Positions 45,265 to 56,288 of a stretch of DNA of 64,000 nucleotides are shown one piece after another (positions within the stretch are counted from its first letter, which is position 1; each line of letters begins with the position of its first letter). The notes beneath the pieces were generated by a model that saw only the letters and a program-made list of their open reading frames with translations, did not search any database and was not told the DNA's origin. The DNA comes from Chitinophagales bacterium (GTDB lineage Bacteria > Bacteroidota > Bacteroidia > Chitinophagales > JAUHXS01), in NCBI GenBank assembly GCA_965213575.1, contig CBDBZN010000003.1, forward strand, positions 2,372 through 66,371, read 5' to 3'. The position numbers and the translations under genes were made by a program.

Positions 45265-48102
45265 ATGCAGACAATCAAAAGTATTTTTCTATTATTAATC
45301 ATTTGGTTCACATTTTTTACCTGTAATGATGTTGAAGCACCTAAGTCTGAAGAAAGTAAGCCTTTATCGTTCGATAGCAGTGTTCGTACCGGAACACTTG
45401 AAAATGGCTTGACATATTACATTAAACACAATAAAAAACCGGAAAATCGGGCAGAATTTCGACTTGCTGTTAATGCAGGCTCTAACCAAGAAGATGATGA
45501 TCAACAAGGATTGGCTCACTTTACTGAACATATGGCTTTTAATGGTACTAAGCATTTTGAAAAGAATGATCTAATAAATTATTTGGAGTCTGTGGGGACT
45601 AAATTTGGTGCACATCTTAATGCTTATACTAGTTTTGATGAAACCGTATATATGTTTAGTGTGCCTACTGACTCTACAGAAATTGTGAATAAAGGGTTTC
45701 AAATATTAAGAGATTGGGCTGATGGTTTATCATTTGATACTAGTGAAATTGATAAAGAAAGAGGTGTAGTAGGAGAAGAGTGGCGATTGAGGTTAGGTGC
45801 TAATGAGCGTATGAGAAAAATATATTGGCCAATAATTTATGAAGGGTCGAGATATGCGGACCGGATGCCTATAGGTCAAAAAGAGGTGATTGATACTGCA
45901 CATTACGAGGCATTTACACGTTTTTACAAAGACTGGTACCGTACTGATTTAATGGCTGTAATAATTGTGGGAGATGTAAATGTAGACTCAGTTGAAAATA
46001 ATATTAAAAAATATTTTGCTGATATACCTGCATCCGACAATCCTCGTAAAAAAGAATTATATCCCGTTCCGGACTATAAAGAACCGTTGGTAACGGTAGT
46101 AACAGATGAAGAAGCAACGTATACTAATGTTCAAATTTCTTATCGATTAGAAAAGCAAAAGATTGAAACAGAAGAAGATTTTAGAAATTTAATTATTAGA
46201 AGGCTATATACCGGCATGCTGAATAACAGGTTTGAAGAGCTGAAGTCTCAAGAAAACCCGCCTTTTTCTATAGCCTATGCTTATTATGGTGGCGGACTCC
46301 GAACGATTGATGAATATGTAAGTGCAGCTTATACGGAAGAAAGTGAAGTGAAAAAAGCTACTGAGGTATTACTAACCGAAAACCAAAGAGTTAAGCAACA
46401 TGGATTTACTCCAACCGAACTGGAAAGACAAAAAAAAGCAATGCTCAGAGAAGTTCAAAAAGCTCTTAAAGAAAAAGATAAAATCCCCTCTAATCAACTT
46501 GTGTGGGAATACATCAATCATTATTTAGAAGGAACGGCTGCTCCCGGTATTGAAAACGAAGTAGCATTATATAAAAGGTTTTTGCCCACTATTGAATTAA
46601 CGGAAGTAAATGAATTAGCTGATAAATGGATCAAGCCTTCAAACAGTTCCATCGTGGTGACTGCTCCTGAGAAAGAGGGGCTAGAGCTACCTAAAGAGGA
46701 AGAATTATTGACACTGGCTAATGAGATTGATAATGCTCAAGTTGCTGCCTATGTAGATGCATTCAAGGATGAGCCTTTAGTTATAGAGGAGTTTAATCCT
46801 AAAAACGTTACAGATGAAAAGGTGTATGATGATCTGGGAATAACTGAACTGAAGTTAGAAAATGGAGTTAGAGTTATCTTAAAGCCTACCGATTTTAAAA
46901 ATGACGAAGTTATTATGCGTGCCTTTAGTTATGGTGGTGCGTCTCTTTACCCGGAAGAAAATGATGTTGCTGCCAGTTATGCCGGACAAATTATTAATAA
47001 GAGTGGGGTAGGTAATTTTAATCATACAGAATTGAAGAAAAAGCTTAAAGGCAAAATTGTTTCTGTAAAACCATATACTGCTGAAACTTCTGAAGGGTTT
47101 ACTGGTAGTGCATCCCCGGAAGACTTGAAAACAATGATGGAATTAATTTATCTATATTTTACTGCTCCTCGTAAGGATGAAGTAGCTTTTAAAGCTTATT
47201 TAGATGAAGAAAAAGGCTTCCTTGAGAATAGAAATTCAAGCCCTGAGGTTAAGTACTATAAAGCTATGCAAGAGATGATGTATAATAACCATCCCAGGCG
47301 GCAACTTATGGACTTAGAACGATTAAAACTTCACGATTTAGATAAGTCTTACGAGGTTTTCAAGGATCGGTTTAAAGATGCAAGTGACTTTACGTTTATA
47401 TTTGTGGGTAGTTTTGATGTGGATTCAATAAAAGCACTATCTGAAAAGTATCTCGCAAATTTACCTGCTACTAACCGAACAGAAAGCTGGAAAGATATGA
47501 ATATTAGATATACTAAAGGAATACAAACTAAAATAATAAATGAAGGAATAGAGCCTAAAAGCAGGGTCAGTCTAATTTTTACCGGCGATTACCGATGGAG
47601 CGAGGAAGAGAATTTTGAAATGCAAGCAATGATTGATGTTTTGAAAATAAAACTCAGAGAAACACTTAGAGAAGATATGGGAGGGGTATACGGTGTTGGA
47701 GCGTATAAATCAACCAGGCATCATCCGCATGAAGATTATAGCATTACTATATCTTTTAGCTGTGATCCTGAGAATACCGAGGACTTAATAGCAGCTGCTG
47801 AGAAAGAAGTTAGAAACATTCAAAGTAAGGGAGCCGGCCAAATTGATTTAAATAAAGTCAAAAAAATGATGGTAAGAAGTAGAGAAACAGATTTAAAAGA
47901 AAATAAATTCTGGTCGCGGTTATTATTTGATACTTACTTCAATCAAGAGGAGATTCCAAATCTTAATAATTATAACGAAGAAGTGAACGCATTAAAATCT
48001 GAGGACATCATGAAAACGGCTAACAAATATATGGACTTTCAAAATTACTCTAAGGCTATTCTACTGCCTAAAGAGAATATCACTGCAGGGCAATTGAATT
48101 AG
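45265..48102 (+). CDS. M16 family (pitrilysin/insulinase-like) zinc peptidase, two-module PqqL-like
   Basis: 945-aa ORF. Contains the inverted zinc motif HFTEHMAFNGT (HxxEH), a signal peptide and two M16 halves. Confidence 0.9.
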   Translation: MQTIKSIFLLLIIWFTFFTCNDVEAPKSEESKPLSFDSSVRTGTLENGLTYYIKHNKKPENRAEFRLAVNAGSNQEDDDQQGLAHFTEHMAFNGTKHFEKNDLINYLESVGTKFGAHLNAYTSFDETVYMFSVPTDSTEIVNKGFQILRDWADGLSFDTSEIDKERGVVGEEWRLRLGANERMRKIYWPIIYEGSRYADRMPIGQKEVIDTAHYEAFTRFYKDWYRTDLMAVIIVGDVNVDSVENNIKKYFADIPASDNPRKKELYPVPDYKEPLVTVVTDEEATYTNVQISYRLEKQKIETEEDFRNLIIRRLYTGMLNNRFEELKSQENPPFSIAYAYYGGGLRTIDEYVSAAYTEESEVKKATEVLLTENQRVKQHGFTPTELERQKKAMLREVQKALKEKDKIPSNQLVWEYINHYLEGTAAPGIENEVALYKRFLPTIELTEVNELADKWIKPSNSSIVVTAPEKEGLELPKEEELLTLANEIDNAQVAAYVDAFKDEPLVIEEFNPKNVTDEKVYDDLGITELKLENGVRVILKPTDFKNDEVIMRAFSYGGASLYPEENDVAASYAGQIINKSGVGNFNHTELKKKLKGKIVSVKPYTAETSEGFTGSASPEDLKTMMELIYLYFTAPRKDEVAFKAYLDEEKGFLENRNSSPEVKYYKAMQEMMYNNHPRRQLMDLERLKLHDLDKSYEVFKDRFKDASDFTFIFVGSFDVDSIKALSEKYLANLPATNRTESWKDMNIRYTKGIQTKIINEGIEPKSRVSLIFTGDYRWSEEENFEMQAMIDVLKIKLRETLREDMGGVYGVGAYKSTRHHPHEDYSITISFSCDPENTEDLIAAAEKEVRNIQSKGAGQIDLNKVKKMMVRSRETDLKENKFWSRLLFDTYFNQEEIPNLNNYNEEVNALKSEDIMKTANKYMDFQNYSKAILLPKENITAGQLN

Positions 48103-48111
48103 TTTAAGTTG

Positions 48112-48160
48112 GGGCAAATGGCTATGAAAGCCGTAAGAATGTAGCTATTTGCCCATTTTT
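48112..48160 (+). terminator. Candidate Rho-independent terminator after the M16 peptidase gene (overlaps the 3' end of the convergent gene)
   Basis: 13-bp stem gggcaaatggcta / tagctatttgccc (one G-U pair) with a 17-nt loop, followed by attttt. Confidence 0.45.
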
Positions 48161-48661
48161 ATAATGCCAAACACTTTTCCCAATAAATTTTCTTTGTTGT
48201 AATACTTTTTTCATTGCGAAAAAATAGAATCCATGGCCAATTATTAAAGTGTCTTCGCTTTTATACTCAATGAGATTTAGGAAATCATTAATTCTATGCA
48301 TCGTTTGTGTTCGGGTTTCCGGTTGTCGTTTGTTATTAATATACCATTGAATTCTACCAACTAGCCTCCATATAAAAGTCGGAAGTTTCAAAGAGGTTGA
48401 GATAAAAGATTTGAGAGGTACTTCATTAAGTAGCTCAGTTTTAATAATAGAGTGGGTGCTAATACCTAATAGCTTTGCAGTGTCAGCACCTCTTCGTAAT
48501 TCACTAGCATATATACTCATGTATGCTAAGTCTAATAAAATCTTATTATCCACAATAGGACTTGAATTATACAATTTACAGGCTATGTCAAATCCATTAG
48601 AGTCGTAGAAAGGCTTCCATGTAAAATCAACTTTGTAATGCCGCATTAAATGGATTTTCAT
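48122..48661 (-). CDS. Histidine phosphatase family protein (phosphoglycerate-mutase-like)
   Basis: 179-aa ORF. It has the N-terminal IHLMRHYKV (RH catalytic motif) and a later IIGHGFYF (second His). Confidence 0.55.
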   Translation of the reverse strand: MKIHLMRHYKVDFTWKPFYDSNGFDIACKLYNSSPIVDNKILLDLAYMSIYASELRRGADTAKLLGISTHSIIKTELLNEVPLKSFISTSLKLPTFIWRLVGRIQWYINNKRQPETRTQTMHRINDFLNLIEYKSEDTLIIGHGFYFFAMKKVLQQRKFIGKSVWHYKNGQIATFLRLS

Positions 48662-48818
48662 TATAACCTATTTATACGAATGTAATATGTTATGAAAATA
48701 TTTGAATATTTTTATAGAAGTATTATTTGGACTTCGGGAAATACATTTGCTTATACTGGTACAGTAACTCTGGTCGAATGATATAATATAACTTTAATAA
48801 TTTAGCACAAATTTTAAG

Positions 48819-48856
48819 TTTAAAAAAGGTTTATTGATTTACATCAATAAACCTTT
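48819..48856 (-). terminator. Rho-independent terminator overlapping the stop codon of the TrkA-like gene
   Basis: Perfect 14-bp stem (48825..48838 / 48843..48856, 4-nt loop), followed on the minus strand by a T6 run. Confidence 0.65.
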
Positions 48857-49523
48857 TAATATCATTCGTTTTGCCCATTAATACTAAGGTGTCTCCCTCT
48901 ATGATTTTGGTATCAGCACCAGGTACGCCGATGATACTTTTTTGGGGTTTTTCACCTTTTTCTTTTATTGTTTGAGCCCGCATAATAGTGATCAAGTTTA
49001 AATGATACCTTTTTCTGATATCAATATCAGCCAGTGTTTTCCCGATTACCGTAGGAGGTGTAGAAAGCTCTACAATTTCATAATCATCAGGCAACTGTAA
49101 AAAAGTAAGAATACCCGGATTCATAATTCTTTCTGCCACGCTTACGCCTACTTCGATCTCAGGAGAGATCACCTCTTTAGTGCCCATCTTCTCCATGATC
49201 TTCTTTTGAGTTTGTGTCATTGCTCGAGTGATGATCCTTTTTATGCCTAACTCTTGTAATTGAACAGTACAGAGTAAGGAGCTTTCGAAATCCCTACCAA
49301 TAGAAACAACTGCTGTATCTACATCTTGAAGATTCTGAGCCCGAAGATTTTTTATATCTGTAGCATCCATAGCAATACTGTGAGCCACTTCCTCATGTAT
49401 ATCTTGAATTCTGTCGGGATTTATGTCTATAGCAATAACTTCAGCTCCCTTTTTTGCAAGAGTTAATGCTACTGATGTGCCAAAACGGCCTAATCCGATC
49501 ACTGCAAATCTACGGCTTGCCAT
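48831..49523 (-). CDS. TrkA/KtrA-type potassium uptake regulatory protein (RCK N and C domains)
   Basis: 230-aa ORF. Contains the Rossmann motif FAVIGLGRFG and a TrkA-C-like C-terminal half. Confidence 0.85.
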   Translation of the reverse strand: MASRRFAVIGLGRFGTSVALTLAKKGAEVIAIDINPDRIQDIHEEVAHSIAMDATDIKNLRAQNLQDVDTAVVSIGRDFESSLLCTVQLQELGIKRIITRAMTQTQKKIMEKMGTKEVISPEIEVGVSVAERIMNPGILTFLQLPDDYEIVELSTPPTVIGKTLADIDIRKRYHLNLITIMRAQTIKEKGEKPQKSIIGVPGADTKIIEGDTLVLMGKTNDIKRFIDVNQ

Positions 49524-51129
49524 ATGCTTTAATAACTTTAATGGTTTTTTGATACTTTGAAGAAGCTAATGTAACAAAATAAACGCCTTCTGCATATTTT
49601 GAACCATCAATCTGTACAGTATTATATTGATTATTTAATTCCCTGCCGTCAACTAATTGCCCTTGCAGATTAAAAATTTGTAGTAAAAGTTTTTCATTGC
49701 CTATCGCTGATGCATCGTATTTAATATTGAACAAACCAGTAAAAACAGTAGGGTAAGCTTGTAAAATGATAGGATTAGCAATTATGTTGCGATCGATTAT
49801 TCCCGTAGTTAAGGTAGTACATGCTAAAGATTCATTTAATGTGGTTACTTGCCCTGGATTAATAATAACCTCTGAGATGATCTTAGTATGACAACCAGGA
49901 TTGGTTATTCTAATGTCGTAGTTTCCCGAATCAGCTACACCTGCCTTAAACTCTCCAGAAATATCTGTGAGGGCGGTATAATCAGTTCCCAAAATTTCTA
50001 TTTGAATGTTACTCAATGGTGCCCCGGAAGTATCATTCGTTATAGTACCTTCTAAATATCCTGCTCTATTATAGCTTGGAGTCAATACAAACAATCCTTC
50101 TTCCCGGTCTGAAGCAAGAATATTTCCTGAAGGAAGATATGGATAAACACCCCAACATCCTTGAAAGCCATCGTCCGGATCAAAAGGGGAAGTGTCAAAG
50201 TATTCTGTTTCTACTAAATTGCCGGGGTCAGTAGCATCCACTACACGAACGCCATCTCTATAATAAGAGATGATTAAGAAATTATTTAACACCGTTACAT
50301 TATGAGGGATTACTCCCGAACCGGGAGAAGAAAAATATTGATCGGTTTCTTTAATATTTGATAAGTCAGATACATCATATGCTGCGACCGGGGCTCCGGA
50401 ACGCTCATCGGTTGTAAATAAAAAATGTCCATCGTCTGAAAGCCAACAATTATGAGTAAATCGAAAAGGTGTCTCATTAGAGGCAATAGTTATCGGATTT
50501 TGTTTATTAGACACATTCACAACAGTGAATATGCCTTCATATATTTCAGAGGCCCACATCGTATCTCCCCTTACAAATCCATCATGGATATAGTGAGTAG
50601 AATAATTGCCCACATATTCAGGTACCATAGGATCATCATTAACATCTAAAAATATAGCTCCTCCTTCAAATAAATTGCTGCCAAACAGGTAGACTATCCC
50701 ATTTTCGTCAATATATATATTATGTGCACGTGTATATTCTAAGGAGTCATTACCCGTCCAAGTGTGGGTGTCAATGCTGGCAGGAAGATCAATGAGATCT
50801 ATAATTAACAAACCCGTTCCAACGCTGTCTTCTGTATAGTCGTGTGTAATATAAGCGTGATCATTAAAAGTTTTCATATCCCGCCAAATACTGTTAGGGC
50901 CTTCAATAAAAAATAATTCCTCCACACTGTCCGGATCAGTCACATCTACTATCGAAGTGCCATTTTGTAATCCAATAATCGCATATTCATTACCTGCTGT
51001 ATCAGTATAGCCCCATATGTCGTTAGCTGTTTCTGAGTATCTTAAATTTGATCGAAAATCTAATAGGTTTTGACTAAATCCTGCATTGTAAAATAGTAAA
51101 ACAATAATAAAAGATAACAAACGCTTCAT
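49510..51129 (-). CDS. Secreted choice-of-anchor-B / LVIVD-repeat-like beta-propeller protein with CarboxypepD_reg-like domain and T9SS type-A C-terminal sorting domain
   Basis: 539-aa ORF. Signal peptide, NDIWGYTDTAGNEYAIIGLQNGTSIVDVTDP, GYLEGTITNDTSGAPLSNIQIEILG, and a C-terminal ...LLLQIFNLQGQLV...GVYFVTLASSKYQKTIKVIK (Por secretion tail). Confidence 0.6.
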   Translation of the reverse strand: MKRLLSFIIVLLFYNAGFSQNLLDFRSNLRYSETANDIWGYTDTAGNEYAIIGLQNGTSIVDVTDPDSVEELFFIEGPNSIWRDMKTFNDHAYITHDYTEDSVGTGLLIIDLIDLPASIDTHTWTGNDSLEYTRAHNIYIDENGIVYLFGSNLFEGGAIFLDVNDDPMVPEYVGNYSTHYIHDGFVRGDTMWASEIYEGIFTVVNVSNKQNPITIASNETPFRFTHNCWLSDDGHFLFTTDERSGAPVAAYDVSDLSNIKETDQYFSSPGSGVIPHNVTVLNNFLIISYYRDGVRVVDATDPGNLVETEYFDTSPFDPDDGFQGCWGVYPYLPSGNILASDREEGLFVLTPSYNRAGYLEGTITNDTSGAPLSNIQIEILGTDYTALTDISGEFKAGVADSGNYDIRITNPGCHTKIISEVIINPGQVTTLNESLACTTLTTGIIDRNIIANPIILQAYPTVFTGLFNIKYDASAIGNEKLLLQIFNLQGQLVDGRELNNQYNTVQIDGSKYAEGVYFVTLASSKYQKTIKVIKAYGKP

Positions 51130-51139
51130 AACATAGAAT

Positions 51140-52477
51140 TTATTTGATTTTTACCCAACCATAATCTTTGAATTTCAATATAGTAACATAATTATTTTCA
51201 TAATAGTTAACATAGGGCTCTATAGTAATTGATTTTTTATCCTTATCGGGAATGTGACTCATAGAAGGTTTTATTAAAAAATGAGTATATAAACTCGGCT
51301 CATCTTCAGCCGGTAAATCTTGTATAAAAGTTGTGCCATACTCTTGAAGTAAGTTTCCAAAATAAAGCATTAATCCATATCCTACATAAACATTGGGAGT
51401 AGGAACACCTTTATATTTCGTAAAATACTTTTTTTCGAATTTTTGGACAGCCGGTTTATTTTTTTCTATCCAATAAGAGGTAGAAATATGTAGATTTAAA
51501 GATTCTACCTGATCAGCCTTAAGAGAAGTATAATTTTCCCATGTGGGCATGCCAAATACACTGATATTGTATTTATAACTTTGTTTAGCTAGTTGATTAA
51601 TTATATGATTGACAAATGGTTCGCTGTAAGATGGGATGATAACTATATTTTCCTTAAGTTGACTAAAACTGCGATCGATAAAATTGCTATCAATCCGGCT
51701 GCGTGTATCAGCTGTATATTCAAATATAATGCTATCATTATATGCTTTAGCAATATTTGAATCGCTTTCACTAAAAGCATAAAAACCTGCAGCAATATTT
51801 TTTTCTTTAGCATCATCCTGATGGATTAGAATAATGTTTTTATCATAAAACTTATCAGTAATATATTGATATAAGGATTGGCAATGAGTTGCAGATGAAG
51901 AGTTAGCCATAATATAATACGGGTTACTTAAAGTAATAGTAGTAGCCGGAGATAATGGAGAAACTAGTGGAATTTTATTATCTTTTGCATATTGGGCCGC
52001 TTCTCGTAAGGTATTATTAAAAACAGACCCAATAATTAGGTTTGTTTTATCAAAATCTTTGGTAGAAAATATTTTTTTTACTGTCACTTCATCCTTTTTA
52101 GTATCATATACATTAACGATCAAGTTCATTCCGCCTTTTTTTAATGAATCTAATGCTAAGGCAATGCCTTCATACAGCTCCAATCCTAATCTTGATTGAT
52201 TATAGAGGTAATTTCCTCCTGCTATTGCAGAGGAATCATCATTCAGTGAATCTAAAAACAAAGGTAATAAAACAGCTATTCTATATGTATCCAGCTTGCC
52301 TCCTTTAATAGCCGAAGAATCAACCTCAGAAGTATCCTTACGAGTAGGAATGGAAGGTTTAGTTGTTTGAATAGCCTCTTCTGAGGATCTGGTACGAGTT
52401 GTTTGTTTACTACTCGAACAAGCAAACGCAATTAAGAGAATTATAATCGCAATTATATTTAATTTATTCCCATTCAA
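51140..52477 (-). CDS. Lipoprotein with type-1 periplasmic-binding-protein fold (LivK-like substrate-binding protein)
   Basis: 445-aa ORF with a lipoprotein signal ...LLIAFAC|SSS. The family call comes from overall similarity to PBP1 proteins that neighbour guaA in Bacteroidota, and is weak. Confidence 0.45.
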   Translation of the reverse strand: MNGNKLNIIAIIILLIAFACSSSKQTTRTRSSEEAIQTTKPSIPTRKDTSEVDSSAIKGGKLDTYRIAVLLPLFLDSLNDDSSAIAGGNYLYNQSRLGLELYEGIALALDSLKKGGMNLIVNVYDTKKDEVTVKKIFSTKDFDKTNLIIGSVFNNTLREAAQYAKDNKIPLVSPLSPATTITLSNPYYIMANSSSATHCQSLYQYITDKFYDKNIILIHQDDAKEKNIAAGFYAFSESDSNIAKAYNDSIIFEYTADTRSRIDSNFIDRSFSQLKENIVIIPSYSEPFVNHIINQLAKQSYKYNISVFGMPTWENYTSLKADQVESLNLHISTSYWIEKNKPAVQKFEKKYFTKYKGVPTPNVYVGYGLMLYFGNLLQEYGTTFIQDLPAEDEPSLYTHFLIKPSMSHIPDKDKKSITIEPYVNYYENNYVTILKFKDYGWVKIK

Positions 52478-54005
52478 TGGTGGCAGGTGGTTTAGAGCTT
52501 ATATCATATACAACGCGGTTAATTCCTTTGACATTGTTAATTATCTCGTTGGAAACTTCAGCTAAAAATTCATAAGGTAAGTGGCTCCAATCTGCTGTCA
52601 TGCCATCTAAAGAAGTAACCGCTCGCAGGCTAACTACATTTTCATACGTTCTTTCATCACCCATTACGCCTACAGACTGGATCGGAAGTAAGATAGTACC
52701 GGCTTGCCAAACGCTATCATAGAGTTTATGCTTTTTCAATAAATTTATATAAACAGCATCCGCCTCTTGTAGCATTTTCACTCTTTCTCGGCTGATCGGC
52801 CCTAATATTCTTATGGACAGCCCGGGGCCGGGAAATGGGTGCCTATTTAAAATGTTTTCCGGAAGCTCTAATTCTTTTCCAACTTTACGCACTTCATCTT
52901 TAAATAAAGCTCTTAGAGGTTCCACAATTTTTAAATGCATTTTCTCCGGTAATCCACCTACATTATGATGCGATTTAATAGTAACAGAAGGGCCATGAAC
53001 AGAGACAGACTCAATAACATCCGGATATATAGTTCCTTGTGCAAGCCATTTTACTTCTTTAATATTTTTGGCTTCCATATCAAAAATATCAATAAAGGTA
53101 TTGCCAATTATTTTTCTTTTTTTCTCCGGATCTTCAACTCCTTCCAATTTATCTAAAAAGGCACTTTGAGCGTTAACTCCTTTCACATTTAAACCTAAAT
53201 ATTTATAGGTTTCCAAAACATCTTCAAATTCATTTTTTCTGAGTAACCCATTATCAATGAAAATGCAATATAAATTTTTACCTATCGCTTGATGTAACAA
53301 TAATGCTGCAACACTTGAATCAACGCCGCCAGAAAGGCCTAATACTACTTTATCTGAACCTAATTTATCTTTAAGTTCTTTTATGGTATCTTCTACGAAA
53401 GAAGCCGGTGTCCAATCTTGGCTGCATCCACAAATATCTACCAGAAAATTTTTCAACAATGTTTTGCCGGCTGCAGTATGAGTTACTTCAGGATGAAACT
53501 GTAGGCCATATATAGGATTTTTATAAGTACCATTGATGCTTCTAAATGCAGCTACCGGTATTGATGGAGTAGAACTGATCACTTCAAATCCTGTTGGCAT
53601 ATCTTGGATGCTATCTCCGTGTGACATCCAGACTTGAGTATCAGGCTCAATATCATTAAAGAGTTCATCTTGAGCAGGGATGGTTGCCAATTTAGCCCTG
53701 CCGTATTCTCTTTTTAAAGATCTTTTCACACTTCCACCGAGATGCTTGGCTAAATATTGAGCGCCATAACAGATCCCCAGAATAGGCTTTTTATTTAGGA
53801 TACTTTTTAGATCAATTTCTAATGCCTTGGGATCTTCTACTGAAAAAGGGCTACCTGATAAGATAATGCCTTTAACAGAGTCATCTAACACAGGAATTTT
53901 GTTAAATGGAACAATTTCACTGTATACATTTAATTCCCGGGTACGGCGGGCAATTAATTGTGTGTACTGTGAGCCAAAATCCAGTATAACCAATTTTTCC
54001 TGCAT
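52464..54005 (-). CDS. guaA: GMP synthase (glutamine-hydrolysing) GuaA
   Basis: The track ORF starts at a TTG at 54137. The conserved N-terminus [21 protein letters not shown] begins at ATG 54005. Also present are the GATase (GICYGAQ), the PP-loop [11 protein letters not shown] and the C-terminal ...KPPATIEWE. Confidence 0.95.
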   Translation of the reverse strand: MQEKLVILDFGSQYTQLIARRTRELNVYSEIVPFNKIPVLDDSVKGIILSGSPFSVEDPKALEIDLKSILNKKPILGICYGAQYLAKHLGGSVKRSLKREYGRAKLATIPAQDELFNDIEPDTQVWMSHGDSIQDMPTGFEVISSTPSIPVAAFRSINGTYKNPIYGLQFHPEVTHTAAGKTLLKNFLVDICGCSQDWTPASFVEDTIKELKDKLGSDKVVLGLSGGVDSSVAALLLHQAIGKNLYCIFIDNGLLRKNEFEDVLETYKYLGLNVKGVNAQSAFLDKLEGVEDPEKKRKIIGNTFIDIFDMEAKNIKEVKWLAQGTIYPDVIESVSVHGPSVTIKSHHNVGGLPEKMHLKIVEPLRALFKDEVRKVGKELELPENILNRHPFPGPGLSIRILGPISRERVKMLQEADAVYINLLKKHKLYDSVWQAGTILLPIQSVGVMGDERTYENVVSLRAVTSLDGMTADWSHLPYEFLAEVSNEIINNVKGINRVVYDISSKPPATIEWE

Positions 54006-54106
54006 GGGTGCAAAGATAAGTTTAATGAGTGATAAACTGCTAGATACTTTATAAACATTTCTTAATAATATTGAATGTACTATGCTTTCATTATCTTTGT
54101 ATTCTA

Positions 54107-55207
54107 ATGAGTAAGCACGGAAAGGTATTGGTGGCAATGAGTGGCGGTATAGACAGCACCGTGGCTGCCGTAATGCTGCATGAGCAAGGTTATGAAGTCA
54201 TCGGCATGACGATGAAAACCTGGGATTATGCTTCCTCCGGTGGTGCCAAGAAAGAAACAGGCTGCTGTAGCTTAGATTCTATTAATGATGCCCGTGCGGT
54301 GGCTGTGCACTTAGGCTTTCCGCACATGATCTTAGATATTAGGAATGAGTTTGGCGATGCAGTAATTGACGATTTTGTAGAGGAATATATTGCGGGAAGG
54401 ACACCCAATCCATGTATTATGTGCAATACGCATATTAAATGGGAAGCCCTACTAAAACGAGCAGATCTGTTAGATTGTGAATTCATCGCAACCGGCCACT
54501 ATGCAAATGTTAGAGAAGAAAATAGCCGTTTTATTGTATCTAAAGGTTTAGATGAAAGCAAAGATCAATCATATGTATTGTGGGGCCTGAGTCAAAAAAA
54601 CTTAGCGAGAAGCATTTATCCCCTCGGAAAATACCGCAAGTCGGCCATCAGACAATTTGCTGTGGATAGAGGGTATGCAGAACTAGCGTCTAAGAGCGAA
54701 AGCTATGAAATATGTTTTGTCCCGGATAACGATTACCGAGGATTTCTTAAAAGAAGAGTAGCGGGCTTGGAAGAAAGAGTGGGTGGAGGAGATTTTTTGA
54801 ATATAAAAGGAGAAAAAATTGGTACGCATAACGGCTATCCCTTTTATACGATAGGACAAAGAAAAGGCCTAGATATAGCTTTAGGTAAAGCTATGTATGT
54901 TACTGATATTGATCCTTATAAAAATACGGTTGTCTTAGGAGAAGCTGAAGATTTGAAAAAAAGCAAAATGCTTGTTCATCGTTTAAATCTGCAAAAATAT
55001 GCTAGTATAGATGATGGCTTAGAAGCAATTACCAAAGTACGATATAAAGACCGTGGAACGCTAAGCAAATTATATAATGAGAATGGCCAAATTAAAGTAA
55101 ATTTTGAAGCTAAAGTTTCTGCTATAGCACCCGGCCAATCAGCAGTATTCTATGAAGGAAATGATGTCATTGGTGGAGGTATTATACATTCTGGAATATC
55201 TGTGTAA
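54107..55207 (+). CDS. mnmA: tRNA 2-thiouridine(34) synthase MnmA
   Basis: Conserved start [21 protein letters not shown] (PP-loop) at 54107. Also NPCIMCN and DQSYVLW motifs. Confidence 0.95.
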   Translation: MSKHGKVLVAMSGGIDSTVAAVMLHEQGYEVIGMTMKTWDYASSGGAKKETGCCSLDSINDARAVAVHLGFPHMILDIRNEFGDAVIDDFVEEYIAGRTPNPCIMCNTHIKWEALLKRADLLDCEFIATGHYANVREENSRFIVSKGLDESKDQSYVLWGLSQKNLARSIYPLGKYRKSAIRQFAVDRGYAELASKSESYEICFVPDNDYRGFLKRRVAGLEERVGGGDFLNIKGEKIGTHNGYPFYTIGQRKGLDIALGKAMYVTDIDPYKNTVVLGEAEDLKKSKMLVHRLNLQKYASIDDGLEAITKVRYKDRGTLSKLYNENGQIKVNFEAKVSAIAPGQSAVFYEGNDVIGGGIIHSGISV

Positions 55208-55276
55208 AATTCATCAATAGCTCAATTCTTCTACGAGAATTTAATCGTACTTCGTAAATCAGAAAAATCATAAATC

Positions 55277-56264
55277 TTAAGAAGCTAAAACCTCAGCCAA
55301 TTCCAGTAAATGTTTATTGAATTGCTTATTATGTTTAATAGCTTTCTCAAATGGTACTGCCACAATATCTCGGTGATGTAAACCTGTCATCACAGAATGC
55401 TTACTATTTAATAAGAATCGAATCGCAGCTTCGCCCATTCTGCTGCCTAATACCCGGTCAAAGCAAGTAGGAGAGCCACCGCGTTGCATGTGGCCGATAA
55501 TGCTTACTCGTGTATCGTATTCATTAAACTTTTCTTTAACTTTTTTAGCTACTTCAATGGCACCACCTGCATCATCTCCTTCCGCTACAATAATGATCAT
55601 AGAAGATTTTTTGCGATTCCAGCCTTTTTTTATTTTATCAATTAAATTATCAATATGCGTTTTAGTTTCTGGTATAAGAATAGCTTCCGCGCCACCAGCA
55701 ATGCCACTTCTAAGGGCAATAAAACCCGCATCTCGCCCCATTACTTCAACAAAAAACAGCCGGTCATGTGAAGCTGCCGTATCTCGTATTTTATCAATTG
55801 CTTGCATGGCAGTATTAATAGCTGTATCGTATCCCAATGTATAATCGGTACCATAAAGATCATTATCAATAGTTCCCGGAATACCTACAAAAGGTATATT
55901 ATAAAGATTAGTAAATTCATTTGCACCACGAAAAGTACCGTCTCCACCAATGGCCACTACAGCATCAATCATATGTTTTTTTAGCTGGTCATAAGCACGA
56001 GACATCCCTTCTTTAGTTTTGAAACGACTACTTCTGGCTGACTTAAGTATAGTGCCTCCTCTTTGGATGATATTACTAACGGAAGAAGAATCTAAAACCT
56101 CAATATCTCCATCGATCATTCCTTCATACCCTCTGATGATACCATAAGTAAAAAATTTTCTCATGCTGAGCTGTCCTGATAACAGCTCTTATCGCAGCAT
56201 TCATCCCCGGTGCATCGCCACCGGATGTAAAGACCGCTATTTTGTTTATTTTTGTCGCTGACAT
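55277..56264 (-). pseudogene. pfkA: ATP-dependent 6-phosphofructokinase PfkA, N-terminus detached as assembled by a +1 frameshift in an A6 run
   Basis: Track ORF 55277..56164 lacks the PfkA N-terminus. ATG 56264..56262 encodes [38 protein letters not shown].... Deleting one A of 56150..56155 joins it to ...[14 protein letters not shown]..., giving a 328-codon pfkA. Confidence 0.9.
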
Positions 56265-56288
56265 TCTTCAACGAAAATAGATATAAAA

